Of a DNA stretch of 64,000 nt, positions 37,563 to 52,295 are shown piece after piece. Within the stretch, counting starts at the first letter, position 1. Each line of letters opens with the position of its first letter. The stretch is from Vicugna vicugna (lineage: Eukaryota): assembly GCA_013265495.1 (NCBI GenBank), contig MU058387.1, forward strand, positions 1,178,001 to 1,242,000. The letters run 5' to 3'. A model generated the notes under the pieces. The model was given only the letters and a program-made list of their open reading frames with translations. It was not told the origin of the DNA and ran no database searches. The translations under genes were made by a program, and so were the position numbers.

Positions 37563-40179
37563 GGTAGGATGAACCTGGAATCCATGAATGGAAGAGTTTT
37601 CTTAAGAAAGAATAGAGCTAATTTTTTAAAGGTAATAGAAGAAGGGGATATTCTGAGTTCAGAAATAAGACGATTTGTAAATTTGATGGCTGGAAAACAA
37701 AAAAGCTCTAATTTGACTTCTATCCTTTTAATTTGATGAGAGTGAAGTAGTTATGAAATTGTTACTGCAATTCTACTCTTATATAAGTGTGAACCCCCTG
37801 GTTTTTGAATTTCCAGTGGGATTATTTTCTTTAAAGATTCTCCACAGCTTTTTAAAAAAAAAAAATTTTCTATGAGAAAGTGAATCAGTTTAGAGGAAAG
37901 TCTGAATTCCTGGCAGATTATTGCCCCAAGAAACAAGAAGTTTTCTCTGTTATACTTCCTGGCACCTTTATTTCCTGGTACCTTCACTTTCCAAGCAATA
38001 TCAACAGATTAATAACTTCCTGGGATAGCAGAGATCCAAACAAAGATGGCTTTTGACTACTTTTGTTTACTTTTTCATTGCCGTTACGTATAGATTACAT
38101 GTAGCAAAAACAACAACAAAAAAAGTTGTATTTTGAAAGAGTGCTGAAATACCAGAGGAATATTTCTTTGGGTGAAATGAATCATATTGTCCCAAATATA
38201 AAACTGCAGAAAGTTGAAAAACAACCTTGTATTCAGAGATTAGGCAAGTGCCATATAAACTCTTTATGTGATCTTTGATAATGGGACAAATCTAATGAAT
38301 ATCTTGGCTGCCTTTCAGTTGATAATGCCGTATGATGGCGAGTGGCTCATTGGCTGAGACAGCGGTTTCTCTTTCCCTTGAACTGAATCACCCCTTAGTC
38401 CTCAAACCTACATTCTGCATATCCTCATTCTTGAAAAATTCTCAGTAATGTCAGCACCCCATTGTAATATAAAGAGTTTGACTCACAAGGAGGGTCAGGG
38501 AACATGAAATGGGTTGATTATAATGTTCTCTTTTAAGTCCTTAATAAATATAAATTGAGAACAAGTGCTTCAGTTTGTAGAGTTAGATTCAATTTATCTT
38601 CAGTAAGAATTGTATTACCTTAGTGTTTCTGACTATTGAAGATAAAAGAAAATTAAGTAGAGTAAGGGAAAATATTCCAATAATTAGGCACTTAGAGCAG
38701 ACTCTTTGGTACTTACACTATTCAAAACGTCAGAGTTTTAGAAGGAAAACTATAGAAATATGAGAATTTCATATTTCAAAGATTTTACCCTGGAGATTTT
38801 ACTCCATCTGTGACTCAGCTTTTCAGGAGAGCATAAAGGTGGTCGTCGTCTTTGCAGGTCTTGAAATTTAACTGTATCAGTTCAATCAAGGATGATAAGT
38901 TCTAGACAATTAAGTGAGCCAAATCATCCTAGTAAGATACTCTTTGAGGAAACGTTGACTGGTGGTTTATAAAACATACAGAGTTCCCTAGTTACCATCA
39001 TAAGGAGGCAGAGATTGGCAAACATAATGTGTCTTTGTGGCTACCATCTTGAATTTCTGAACAAAAGCAATATTTTTTTCTACAAGTGGGTATTACGTCT
39101 TAAGAGTTCTGTCCAAACTACCGGGCCATTTTCCATTTATGGTAGTGCCACTACATAATCCCTTAAATTATTCTCTTGACCTATTAGACTTTGTATCTGA
39201 TCAGCTTTGCAATTTATTCACATGCATGGAGCATTTTCTTTACGCAAAGTACTGCCTTAGGTCCTGGGGACTGAGCAAAATTGGACAGCAATACTGCATA
39301 GAATTAACAGATGCTTCACTGACAATAATTTTTCCAGAATTTCAAAGGAAGAATATATTTCATTTAATAGAAATAGTAGACTATTAGCTCACTCAGCAAC
39401 CAAAATTGTGGACCTACTACAACCCAAACATTATGCTAAATCTTGGGATGGCAAAACAGGATAAAATACGGCAATCAGGAGGAATTTTCAATTGCTTTTA
39501 TTTACAGTGATCTTACAAATCAATAGACTTGGAGCACGGTGGCCTGGCCCATTGTTGGTATTCAATATTGGCTGAATAAATTAATGAATATCTGATCGTC
39601 ATCTTGAAATGGATCCCAAAGCCAAGATTTTCATCTAACCGAGGGATATGGTCCAATACTTGGAACTTTGAAAAACAAAATAATATGACCTCTGTAAATT
39701 ATTAGACAGGGCTTGGCATTTAACAATGACTCATACTGTGACTTGGTTTTTTTCAGTAATAAATACAACAGAAGTAGTCCGTGCATATTTAACACTGTGA
39801 GCTTGGCTAAAGGTAGGGAAGGGAGAGACTTGAAAAGATCTGCTAGAAATGCAAAATGTGATGCCAATGTCCGGTGATGCTGTGATTTCAGTGCTACTTG
39901 TAGTATTCTTGTGATTCAAGTGCTCTTTTCCTTGTTGTTTCCTCTGTTTGGTAAACTGGTAAAGTTTATTACTGATGACAAGAGGATCTATTCTAGCTAA
40001 ACCATAATAAAGATATAAAAGCACAGATAACAGAATTATTGGAAAAGCTGAAGAAGTGGATTTCAGACTGATCTTTCAGAAACATTTTTCCAACTGCATC
40101 AGAGATCTGGCCACCAAAGAAGTCACTGCTCCTGCTGCATGAAGACAGTTGCAGAGTAGCTGGTTCCGCAGCCACCGGC

Positions 40180-40425
40180 TTTGGCTGAATTATTGCCTCT
40201 GATCTGATCTGGGCCAGAAACGTGGAGGTTCAAGTTCTAGTTCTCTCCTCCAAGCAATTCAGTGGCAAAGTGGCACATAAGGCATCTGATAAGCAGAATC
40301 TAAATGCCATCCGGAGCCTGAGCTACATGGGAGTCTGAAGATCATAGTCCTTGCCTCCCAGATGTGGTGCCTTTGAAAGCATTTGGAATGGGTATTCGTG
40401 AGCCAATGTGCAACACCTGTTACAG
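40180..40425 (-). mobile_element. Old ERVL/MaLR LTR fragment
   Basis: gagctacatgggagtctgaagatcatagtcc...ggaatgggtattcgtgagccaatgtgcaacacctgttaca. Confidence 0.4.
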
Positions 40426-40609
40426 CCTCATATTTTCTTTCCTTGCTTCTTCGCATCACTCCTTGTCATCCACCAGATTCACTATTTTTTTTTAATTCAC
40501 TCATTGTCCATTCATTTATTCAACCACTATTTACCGGGCACATAATATAGTTCTGGCTACACTAAAGACTTTTCATAAGACAGTTGTCTCTCCATTATCA
40601 TTTAGACTA

Positions 40610-41760
40610 TGTCAGCTTCTCTCAGTGATTTTGTAACAGATTAGAAGCATCAGAAGCTTACACAGCTGCACAAGTGCTGGCACAGCAAAGGCCAAAGAAG
40701 TTGCTCCTAGAGTCACAGTCATAAAAACAGGAAGTTCCAGAATCTCAGGAAAGACGCTGGGTGTGATCTCAGCTGCCTGCAGCGCAGAACCAGAGACTTG
40801 CAGAGAAGCCTCTGTAAAGCTCAGGATTCCCGGGGTAGCTGCCCCCATAGATCTCCGCTTCTTACAGCTCTGGGTCAGGAGGTGCCCAAGAGCTTACCTG
40901 AGGGCCCCTCCAAGTCTCACATCGTCCCTCAACTGCAAGTAGAGGATAATGACCTCTCTTCTCTTCTGCCTTTCAAATGTTATTCAAGTACCTCTCATTA
41001 GCATAATGACAATAATACACTGGAAAGGAGTACTGGAAAATAAATTGCTGGCTTCTCCCTTAGGATGAATAGATGAATGCAAGGGAGGACAGATGTTATC
41101 TGGAGTTGATAATAGATGATACCGTGAAATAAGCCCACTTATTTGTTAACTCAAACATTTCCTTCTACCATATTAAACTTTTACAAAGTAATAATGACAA
41201 CAATATCATTCTTTCCCTAATATTATGCAACTATCCTTAGTCCTCTGCAGAAGTGATCATTCTTTTGCCAGAAAGTGTGTGTTTTTGGAGATGGTCCTTC
41301 TTTTCCTAACTCTGCACTTTTCTTTAACAACCCGTAATAATTTATTGCAATTATAAACGTAATTCTAATTACATTGCAAATTCTAATTATAAATTTAAAC
41401 AGTAGACAAAACCTGCTTAAAAGTGAGCAAGAATGAGAACATTGATTAATGTGTATTACATACATAACGCAACGAGAAAATAACTTTACATATCTACCTA
41501 GTCCTCATTTCTGCAACTTATCCTGGGGCTGTAGTTGATATTTATAGTTTCCTTCTTCCTCTAGCCATTCTCTGTCCATTTGTCTATAAGCCAACAACTC
41601 TACTGTTTGTGGTCATTACTTGATTCATTGACCCACATTTTCTTCTGAAAAGTTCTCAGCCATTCCTGGTTCTGCTAATGTTTAGACACTGACATCTTTC
41701 ATTAATATTTACTACTTGTGATCAAAGTATCAAAAAGCACCCTAAAGATTTCTCTCAGAT
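40610..41760 (-). mobile_element. Old MaLR (MLT1) LTR plus internal-sequence remnant
   Basis: tctcttctgcctttcaaatg...aagtacctctcatt... followed by aaagtaataatgacaacaatatcattctttccctaatattatgcaactatcc (MLT1-int-like). Confidence 0.45.
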
Positions 41761-41959
41761 CTATACATAGCCCTTTGTCTTTCTGTTAGGAGCAGTCACC
41801 CTCAAAGGTCTGCGGAACCTAAAGCAGTCAGGTGGCAGGCTCAAGTTCAAAGTCCCGGGAACCATTATTTCTTCTCCCACCCCTCTGCCTCCGTGGAAGT
41901 ATTCCACCTTTGTGCAGTAAGCCTTCTATCATAACAAAATCCAAAGTTTCAGGGATAAT

Positions 41960-42147
41960 TAGAAAAATCTTTTGATTTCTGAGCCTCTGTATTCTGGTAA
42001 CAGACCACCTAGAAAAACTAGGATAATTTTGCTGTGTCAATATTCTTTACTCACAACTACAAATTCTCTTTGCCATATAAAGTAGCACTAATGGGTTCTC
42101 AAGTTAGGAGGTGGGCATGTTTGGGAGCCATTCTTTAGCTTACCACA
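41960..42147 (-). mobile_element. MLT1 LTR fragment
   Basis: tctttgccatataaagtagcac...ttaggaggtgggcatgtttgggagccattctttagcttaccaca. Confidence 0.6.
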
Positions 42148-44269
42148 GCACACTAGCACTCAGAGATGGCAGCAGCCAACCTCAGTGAGAACAAATTGTG
42201 TTTTTGAGCCCATGGATAATCCCCATCTCTGCCATCAATATAACTTTATGAACGCATTACACAGCATAGGGTGGGGATGAGGGATGGCAGTCGGAAGAGA
42301 AGTTTACACCTGTAGAATGAGTTCTCCAGGACGACATTTAATACAGTGGATGTCTTTTGGGGTGACTTTGGTGGGGAATTAAAATAAGACACAAGATCCT
42401 CACACTCAATGCCCATTTCAGGGTGTCAATTGACAAACACCTTCCCCAGAGTTTCTTGCATTCTGAGTATTGGCATTCTGTCTTCTCCTTGCTACTTCAC
42501 TGATCATTCAAACACTGGTCACTGCTATGAATCAAAGTGGAAACTCATCTCTGGCCATTTCTTCTTTCAAAGAGAGGGGATACCAGTTATGCTTCTTAAA
42601 TTCCTACTACTCTCTTCTCTTCCCAAGTTCCAGGCTATAAAGTTGCATTAGACTACTTTGGGTGATATCAGAATATCATCTGTATTTTTATTAGTTTTTA
42701 TTTTTTATCAGTTAATTTACCATAATTTATCAAGATTGAAGCAAGTATGGATTGAAGAATATATGAAATTTTTTTCCATTTAAGAGCCATGAGACTCTAA
42801 AGCAATTGCTAATGAATCTTAATTATACCTCAGGCTCTGATGGAACCTATATATATATTTTTTATATATATATATATACATACATAAACATATATATAAA
42901 ATATAACATTTCCATGTTGGTGATGCAATTCTGTTGCTATAGCCTAATTTATAGTTTGGTGATTAGGTAACCCTTCATTCATGATGGGCAACTCAGTTGC
43001 CATAATTTTTTGGTGTCTCATAGACAAATATTCAGTCTTAACCAAAACCCAGTTGTAAGCCAGTTGCTCTTTATCAAAAGTTATTACAATATACCTATAT
43101 TCAGAAGGTGTGTGCCCTATGTTCCCCCTTGTGGCTTGACAGGAAGTTATATATCTGCTGGAGGTGTTTTGGTTATCAATTAATTAGCTGGACTGTAAGG
43201 TCTAAATACAACTCATTTGCACTGATTCTGAACTTGTTTCAGTCTTCTCTTGCTTTTCATAGCACAACTGATCAGCAAACCAAAATCTAGTACATTTTCT
43301 TGCCAAACATACCCCAAGAACATGGAGCATTGTGCCTCTTGCTTAGTTATAGAGTTGGAAAGTTCAACATCTTTTCCTTCAATTTGAAAAATGTATCGTA
43401 ACATTCTACATTACCACATATCTAGAAACGTCACAAAATGGCAAAACTGTTAATTTGTTTCAGCTTATCTTCCAGCTCTGGCACATATGTTTTATAGTAA
43501 CCATCTCATGTGCTTGCTTGCCTAAAGATGCAGAGAAAAATGCAGAAGAGGGTGGATATGGTGCCAAACTGCCAACAGACAATCTGTGGTTCAACTGTAA
43601 ACTGTTCAGGAGACAGGAGCATTCTTTTAAATCTGTGATTTCAACTTTTAGCAAGTACATAGAGGAAAGAATGAATGAATAAAAGGATTGCTGAGGTCAA
43701 TTTGTTCATCATGAAAATTAACCTGTAAGTATTCTTGGAGACAAACAATGGCTTATATTTTTCTGGATTGTCTTCATAGGAACTGGTCTACAACTTTTGA
43801 GTCAATGACTTTATCCTGGTATTTACAATGTAACAGTTAACTGACTCAAATCCCTGACAGCTCAGGGCCCGTGAGAAAGCCAAGATGATTTTGACTCTCA
43901 CTGTGACATTTTGTCAGTGTCTGCAGATTCAAGGCACGTGGGTCAGCTGTTGAGTTGTAGATTCATTCTGTACATCAAGGGGGTTTCACGTTCAATTAAA
44001 TTGAAGAACCACTGAACCTGAACACCATTCTTGTTTCCTGACCCTGTTTTGACGGGTGAAATGGACTTTAACCAAGCATTTTAGGCTTCATTTGAGAGCA
44101 TATCTAACTTTCATCATGTCACCAAATTTCTGGACATTTCTGGAATCTGGGGACCTGTTATTTCTCAATTTCACATTTACCCATTTATTCTGCCTTCCAT
44201 TTTGCTTCCTTAACACATACTCTGTGAAGTCAATTGGATTAAAGCATAGTATTTCCTGACAGCAGTTTC

Positions 44270-45560
44270 TTTCTATTTATTTGTTTATTCAGTAAATATT
44301 TGCTGAAAATCTGTGATATGTCAGACATTGTTATAAGCAGTTATGAAGATCAACAAGCTTTCTTCTGTTAGAAAGTTTACATTACTTATATTTCAGTGAG
44401 AAGTGGTGATGCGCTAATAAATGAACAATGTAAAATATTTAAGGTAACATATCAAATAGTTATACACTCTGTGAAGACATTTAAATTTAAGTGCTGGGAT
44501 AGAAAGTAGCCTTGTATTGACTCTTCAGAGAAATCTTTATAGGACAATACATTTTGCAAGAAATACATTTGCAAAGAAAAACTATGTAAAGGTGAGAGGA
44601 AAGAGCATTCTGACAGAGAAACCAGTGAAAACAGGGTTTAGCAAACTTTTCTATAAAAGGCCAAATATTTTAGCCTTCATGGGCCAGACAGTCTCTCTCA
44701 TGATAACTCAATTCTACTCTAGTAGCACAAAATTAACCACATCAAAAACATAAAAATAAATAGATGTTGCTTTGTTCTAATAAAACTTTATTTACAATAT
44801 TAGGTGGTCAACTTGATTTGGCTCTCAGACTGTAGTTTGCTGACTCCTGAACTAAAATTAAGAGCCCTAAAGTGTAAACAAACTGGACATGTTAGAAGAA
44901 CTCAAAGAATGATATGATTACACCCTTATAGAATGAGTGAAAATGTTATGAAATAATATGAGAGTTGCTAAAGTAGTGAGGTCATATAGAAAAAAATCAA
45001 AATAAAGAGCTTTGGTCATATTTTTGGTTTATAATAAACTGTAAAGTTGGCTACAAAGTCTTGCGTACCTGTATCTATAACCCATTTTGTATATTCAGTG
45101 TGTCCTTCTAATCTAATTTTGGGACCCAAATAGCTCTTCTGCACTGGAGCTAGTTCTCCTTCAGACTTTTAGAAAGGATTTTACTTTATACAAGTTTAAA
45201 CCACTCTGGCCTCTCAGTGAAGAATGGTTCATAAAATGGGAAGAAACAAGACAGAATGACTTGTTAAGGCTATTCCAGTAGTGTTGAAAGATGACGTTGA
45301 CTTAGATTCTGGAAATGTTAGAATAAGTATAAAGATTTGGAATATGTTTTAGGGGTTGATTCAATTCCCAAATTATGAAGGGTTAAATGTGGGGAATGAA
45401 GAACAAAGAGGAATCTGGAATTGCATAGCAATATCATAATCAGTGTAGTAGAATTGTTGTGTTGTACTGTGAGACGGGGAAAGTCTAAGGATCAATTATC
45501 TTTGAAGTCAATGACAATCAAGAGGTCTGTTCTGGCCCATTTGATTTTAATGATCAACAT
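44270..45560 (-). mobile_element. L2 LINE fragments, interrupted by MER58A
   Basis: ttattcagtaaatatttgctgaaaatctgtgatatgtcagacattg (antisense L2 3' end) and downstream L2-like motifs. Confidence 0.6.
44632..44849 (+). mobile_element. MER58A hAT-Charlie MITE
   Basis: TIRs cagggtttagcaaact...agtttgctgactcctg, internal ctaataaaactttatttaca, about 218 bp. Confidence 0.85.
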
Positions 45561-45904
45561 GATACCTAGAATCAAAAGAGATTTCTAGTTTCATGGCTAA
45601 TTTAGTCTTTCTGCTTAAGCACTCAAGCCTATCTCCTTTAGTTCTTGAAGTTGCAAAATTTAGTCTAATATCTAGAAGCGCCGAGAAAATAATATTAAGA
45701 TATAATGATGCAACAGTGAAGAGAAAACAGATGTCGAGGTGGAAAAAATGAGAGAGCCCCTTCAGAATTAGACCTAAAGTTTCCCATCATTGTAAATCAG
45801 GTTTCCCCTGCCTTTTTTTGGCCATATTTGTCTACCTCAACACCCCACCTGTATCCTAATTGAGTGTATCTTTGGGGAATGAAAGTAGTCTCTCTTAAAA
45901 CCGC

Positions 45905-46080
45905 TAGAGCGGGTAAGTACTGCTTTTGGAGTTGAGCAAGTCAGGGTTTGCCTCCTGACTCCACCCTTAACCAACGCTGTGACTTTAGTCAAGTATGTAA
46001 TCTCCCCATCAGGTTTCCTCTCTGTGTAGTAAAATTTAATAATTCGTATTTCAAGGCCTTTAGAGAGGATTCAATTGGTT
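45905..46080 (+). mobile_element. MIR SINE
   Basis: ctgactccacccttaaccaacgctgtgactttagtcaagt...tttcctctctgtgtagtaaaat. Confidence 0.6.
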
Positions 46081-46119
46081 TAGATTTGTTTCATTTTTAT
46101 TAGATAGTGTTTATGATAT

Positions 46120-46650
46120 CCCAACTTTTCCCATTTCAGTTAGTATGAAATTCAAATTCCTGGTCATGGCCAGGGAGGGCTTTATACCAGGCTTGTGTCC
46201 ACATTACTCACCCCAACGCGAGCCGCTGCCCTTCTTTTTTAACTGCCTTCAGCCGCAAAGGATTTTCTCTGCCTCTGGAATACACTAGTGTGATGTCTAT
46301 TTCCAAGACTTTGCATTTCGCCGGCTTCATTTTCACATGGACAGATCCTCTTTGATCTTTAAGATGCCAGCTTAAATGTCACCTACTAAAAGAGGTATTA
46401 CCTGTCACTCAAGCACTCATTTACAGGATTTTTTTTTTCATAGCACTTAATCATTAGCTTAAGTTATTTAATCTATTTAATGTTACTATCTTTCCTACTG
46501 AGACCAGGAATATATATATATACACACACATACATACACATATGTATATATATCTATATATATATTTTTTAAATCAAAAAACAAGCCTAGAGCAAAGCCT
46601 GGCACATGATAGACACTCAGTAATTGTTAGATTGCAAGTGAACTGACTGA
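46120..46650 (+). mobile_element. L2 LINE 3' portion with internal (TA/CA)n
   Basis: cagcttaaatgtcacct...catagcactta...agcctagagcaaagcctggcacatgatagacactcagtaa. Confidence 0.7.
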
Positions 46651-47139
46651 TTAGCCCCATCATCTTCAATTCAGTATTTGATGCCATAAATAGTTTTACT
46701 ATTATTTTCATTTTTATTATGGTCTCATTTTGAGATAAAATTTCTAAATTTCCCAGTCATCCTCTGCTTTAAACAGAATGACAAGGAAAAAAATCTCCCA
46801 AAGATGTTTTTATTATTTATTTCTACTTGTAAAAAGTGGCCCCAGTGGAACTGTCTTCTTTTGTAACAGAAACAATTATTAGTCTAGCAAGCTTCAGCTC
46901 GATGAAAAGGCATTCCAATTTCAATCACTTCTGCAATGACAGTGTCCAGATGTTTAGGACTTGATTGGTATTTTCCTGGCACAGAAATTTGCCTGTAGTC
47001 TCTTGCAGGACAAATTTCCACGAATTTATTTCATTTCTCCTTCCCTCTCTCTCTCTTCCTTCCCATTCCCTTCCTCTTTCCCTGCCTTCCTTTGTTTTCT
47101 TTCCTGCCCTCGTGACCCCCTGCCTTTAGTCAATTCCCA

Positions 47140-48150
47140 ACCAGGCGCCATTCTAAGTGCTAGAAGTAGAACAGCAAGACGGAAAGTAATCCTGCTCTAA
47201 TGGAACTTGCATTCAAGTGTGGAAGGCAGGCAACAAATAAACAAATAAGCAAGGGATCCTTGACGCTCTGTAAGCAAACAGCCTTCCAGGCAAAGGGGCA
47301 GGAAGTGCTAATGCCGTAAGACAGCAGTGTGCTTGGCATGTTCGTGATGAACAAGGATGTCAGCTTAGTAAGTGGGGAAGTTTTTGGAAATGACATTTGC
47401 AGACTAGCCAGCTGCAGTCAGACCACATAGAGCCCCTACATTTTACTCTAAATGTACAAAAAAAGATTGGCTAGTTTTGACAGGGTGATGGCTTAATCTG
47501 ATTTACATTTGACAGGATGACTCTGGTTGCCATGTGAAACAAAGACTATAGGGAGTCTAAGGGAGAAGTAGGGAAACCAGAGGCAGGAGGCTCCTGCGGT
47601 CACCCAGGTGAGAGATGATGATGGTTTGGGATGCAGTGTAATTGTAAACATAGTGAGCTTTGGGTAGATTTTCAAGGCGAAGTTAACACAGTTTTTCTTG
47701 TGGTTTAGTTATGGGGTCTGAGAGAAAGAGAAATCAAAGGTGCTTTTACAGTTTGTATTCTGAGAGACATGATAAATGGTAATACTATTTATTTAGAAGG
47801 GGAAGAGTAAGTAAGGATTGAAACTCAAGGGTTCAGTGCCGCCATGTTAAACTTGAGAGGTACCCAAGATTTGCAGTTCTGTATGACTAGAGTTCAGGAG
47901 AAAGATGGGGGCACAGCTACAAATGTAAGTTATCTGCAGAGAGACGATGTTGTTAAAATCCACGGGATTGAACAAAGTCCCCAAAGATCTAAGCATATTT
48001 GGGTAAAGGCAAAAATATTGATTTTGAGGTGCTCTAGTATTGGGGAGGAACATAACTCAATTAAAGAGACTGAGACGAGGAGCCATTGGGACTGGAGGAA
48101 AACCAAGAATGATTTTCTGCCTTGGCAAAGAAATAAGCAAGGAAGGCGAA
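47140..48150 (-). mobile_element. L2 LINE fragment
   Basis: aggatgactctggttgccatgtg...ccaggtgagagatgatgatggtttgg...gagagaaagagaaatcaaagg. Confidence 0.75.
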
Positions 48151-51100
48151 TGTATGAATAGAGGCCACTTGATGGTTTTCTTTCTCACTAGGTTCTGTCT
48201 AAGGGCACAGTCTGTCTCCCTCCTCTTCTCACCACACAATTACTACACCTAACTGACCTTCTGGTGGATTCCATGTTCACTACCAAAATGAGCTGTTGAC
48301 AGAGGCCCAGTCATCTGACAACTTTATCTGGGTAAGTGACCTCAGTTACCTCTTCTACAAGCTGAGGATAATATTTATTTCTTTTGTAACTAATCCTATG
48401 TTAGTCCAATGAGATGATGCGTTTCAAAGCTCTTTGAACATTATAAAGAACACCATTAATGCCAGGATTCTTTGCTGCTTCTTGTAATAGAAGCCAATGA
48501 TGGTGAGGAAAGACAACGAGGAGGAAATGATAGAATTTGATTTGCTTCCTTTTTTTGATTTAAAACTAATCACTGTGTGTATTTAGTTTCTGTTCCTTTT
48601 CTTTAACATGAGTTTTCAACTTTGCTACTCATAAGGTTAAGTCTTATAAAGTGTTTCCTGCTGAAATGCCATGCTGACTGGAATTCAGCAGCAAATAAAT
48701 ATTGCTGTCCTCACTAATTTGAAACAGTATGAGTTTTAAACCTCTAGCTGTGGGAGATTTATAAGATTACAGTTTTCATCACCATCCCTTCAGTCCATCA
48801 AGATAGGTCAAAGCTGTATAATTTTTTTTTAAACCAACAGCAATTTCCATTCTTTGTAGACCACGCTTTCTGAGCCAGCAATATCGTTAGAATCACAAGG
48901 CTGCAGTAAATGAAACACATATCCACAGATCCTTATAAGTATTTTAATCTGACCCCTGTTTGGGGGTGGAATAGAAACTGATGACTATTTCATTTGATTG
49001 TAACTCTATAAACACAAAATATTTCTTGGTAAAAAGGAATGTTTCCTACACATCAAATTATTTGTATGCTTTCTTTTTAAATAGTTCTTTTGTAATAACT
49101 AAGTTAAAATGAACTGTGTAATCTTGCCATTTACTCTGAAACGCTGAATATTGGTAAGGCACTCTTTTTAACTACTGTAAATTTCTAAGTATCCTTTCAA
49201 TAAATTGCCCAATTACTGTATGTATTGATCTAGAGTAATTGGCCTCTGCTAAATGATTAAGTGGTCAATAACTCAAATCACCTTGTTCTGAGTTTATTAA
49301 TACTCAGGCAAAGTGTGTTTCAGAAATACTCTGATATTTATGAAGGGCAATGCATAGAAATAGTTTGAGGAAAATTCTAGAGTGCTTCAAGAAATACAAC
49401 TTATGCAACAAAAGCCAGCACTTGAAATGAGCCCTGTATTGTTGGATAGATTTATATTAACACTAAAGTGAGTGTTACCATGTTGCTTCATAGACCAGTC
49501 ATGATCATGCAATTTTGAGAACAAATTGTATCATTATATAACACATGCAACTTAAATGATACTGATTTGAGTCATTTTTTCTAAGATCTTACAGTGAATA
49601 TGTTTTTAAGACCAAAAAAAGTCTTCTGTAGAGCTAGTGATCCACTGAGTAATTGTACAACACCTAATATGCATAGGTTTTCAGTTAATATTTATTCAGT
49701 AAATATATTTCTTATAGAAAGCTAAACATTCAGATTAGACTTATTTAATTTTAATAATGTACCCATATTTATGCATCAGAGTAAGTGCTGGATTTTAACA
49801 AAATTAGTTTATGTACTTTGTGAAAAATAATGCTTTAATTGTACTAAATAAGACTTGGGAGAAAGTTATTCATTTTCCAAGTTTACCTTTTCCCCATGTA
49901 CTTCTTCCCTCTGGAAAATATTTAGTTTATTTTTTATTTTAATTTTTGAGATAGCTTAGGGGAGAAGGGAAAAGCACTGAACCATTTTGTGGCTCATGAT
50001 CCTAAACGAATCAGTTAACGTTTCATGACTTCTTTGCTACCCCTGGAACGTGATTAAAATGGTTCAAAATCTATGTGATCAAACTCCTCCCACTCATTAC
50101 ACTTTTGCTTACTTTCATGAATTGCTCCATAAATTAGAAATATAAATAGTAGCACAGTTTTTCTAAGTAACTGGCAAGCCCCTGATACCTTATAACCAAA
50201 AAATCTAACAGTGCCTTCTTGAGCTGCTCGACACTTCCTGTTCAAGAACTCCAGGTGTTAACTTTATCAGAGTTACTTCCAAAGCCAGGCAGACAGGGAA
50301 GCAGACTTTGGACACATATCCATCACTTCTCACTGTCACAGAGTCAGTGCTGAAGAATAATGGTGCCTTGTTTAATGGATCTTGTCATCTCTGGTAATGC
50401 TAGTTCTACGTGCTATTTGGCCCCGTGCACCACGCACACACGGGATCTGAAGCTCTCTTTCTCTCTCTCTGATTCGTTTCCCATTCCCATTTTCCCTCAA
50501 AGTGCAACATCTTGACCTGATGGCCAGATTCAGGGCTCCCCAGCCTCAGCTGTACTAGATGTCAGCGCTGCCCTTCTTCACCCCGACCCTGTAGCCATTG
50601 TACCAAGCCTGGGTTTCTAGCTGAGTTTTCTTCTTTACTCAACGTACTTTATTTCAAGATACTCTCACTGAGTCTTGACTGAGTTTATCTTGCTTTACTC
50701 CGACTTTGTATCCTATAAAAAAAGAGCTGGCACCTTCTATTTTTGGAGTTTCTGGGTTTTGAGGCAACTGAGCTCTCTATAAGATAGGAATCTCAGGCAA
50801 ACTTATCAAAAGTTCTCCAAACCAAACTTGTATCTACACAATTACTAGTGAATATTATCTGTACTAGATTTATTTTAAAGAACGCATAGTCACTGTAATG
50901 GGCATAGAATAAATTCCACAAAAGGATTTTAAGTCATCCCTTCAGGTGGTACTTATTTTGAATCTTTTGCCTCACAGCTACCATAAGACCTTTTTACACC
51001 AAAACACTGTAAATGCTAAAATACTAGACTTACTAATATAAATCAGTTTCTGTACATACATGTTATTCCCAAATGGTATGGTCCATATGGAGAAATGAGT

Positions 51101-51830
51101 CATTTGGTCAATGGTCCTGCTCATCTCCGAATGTGTAGACAGGATTTATGCAAGTACAGAAAATAATTGCTTTGTCATTATTAGAAGGTGTAGCATACAC
51201 ATAATCATATTCATGCTATTAGTTTTAGTGTTTTATTTCTAATTGTTAATTCAATTAAATTTATTTTAAATATCAAATGGATGATTTAAAATAATTATTT
51301 TTAATGAATTAATTGATTTTGTAAATTCCAAAAATAAATAATTCTTGCAGAACATTAAAAAATTTTAGATCCAAACAAATCAAAACTGTTAGTATGTTAA
51401 TAAATGGGCTTTAAAGCAAAGAACTCAGAGTAATTTCTTTTTTTTTTGTTTTAAATAGTGATGATATTTGAATGCAAATTAAATTTGAATATTTCAGGTG
51501 TGACTCAAAAATACTAATGAGTGAAATAATAAATACTTCCCTACTGTACACATATGATTTTAGCTTTATTCTCATCTTGGAAAATGCCCCTCAGGATTTT
51601 ATAACTTCATTCTGTGACTCCTGCCCCACAACCTAAGTTTTCATTCTTTTTTTTATTAAGAAGAATTTGCTCGTTACTTTTGCCCCAGATGAAAGTACAC
51701 CTGCTAACCCTCTTCTAACCTTCTCCTGTGCACCCTCTACTTCTAGCAATTGAATGAGACACATTTCTGCCACAGACTGTGTATCTCTTGGGGTGGCACA
51801 AAAGTGCTCCAGGGACACCAAGGGGCATTT

Positions 51831-51865
51831 TCTCTCTCTCTTTTTTTTTTTTTTTTTTTTTTTTT
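51831..51865. repeat. (TC)5 plus poly(T)25
   Basis: Directly visible. Confidence 0.95.
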
Positions 51866-52009
51866 GTGGGGAAAACATGCAAAGACATCTCCAGTATCCT
51901 TGAAAGGGAGCCACCTTCTTTTGGTTGCTTTATTATGCCTTCTCTTCTGTCAAAATGTTAAAATTTGGTTTTCTTCCCCAGACTTCCTTCTTGTATCATC
52001 GCTCTAGTA

Positions 52010-52295
52010 TAAAATGGTGTGTAGTATGAAAGCAAAAGCATTGAACAAAAGGGTTAAATTTGAATCCTCATCCCACCATTGATTATCACACTTTTTTAAC
52101 CTTTGGTCTTTTTAGCTTATTGTATGATATTACTACTTCCTCTTTCATAATGTTACTTTTCTTATATGATAGCGTCAGTTGTGAATTCCTCTTATATGAT
52201 AGCATTAGTTGTGAATTCCTCTTATATGATAGCATCAGTTGTGAAAATTTATGTTAAAGGTCCTGGTCCATGGTTAACGTTCAAGAAATGTTAGC
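52010..52295 (+). mobile_element. MIR SINE containing a 30-bp tandem triplication
   Basis: aaatttgaatcctcatcccacca...atgttaaaggtcctggtccatggttaacgttcaagaaatgttagc. Confidence 0.5.
52161..52245. repeat. 30-bp tandem repeat, about 2.8 copies
   Basis: cttatatgatagcRtYagttgtgaattcct units starting at 52161, 52191 and 52221. Confidence 0.95.

Noticed and set aside
52161..52245. CRISPR-like array
   Set aside because: Units are head-to-tail with no unique spacers, the context is mammalian, and there are no cas genes.
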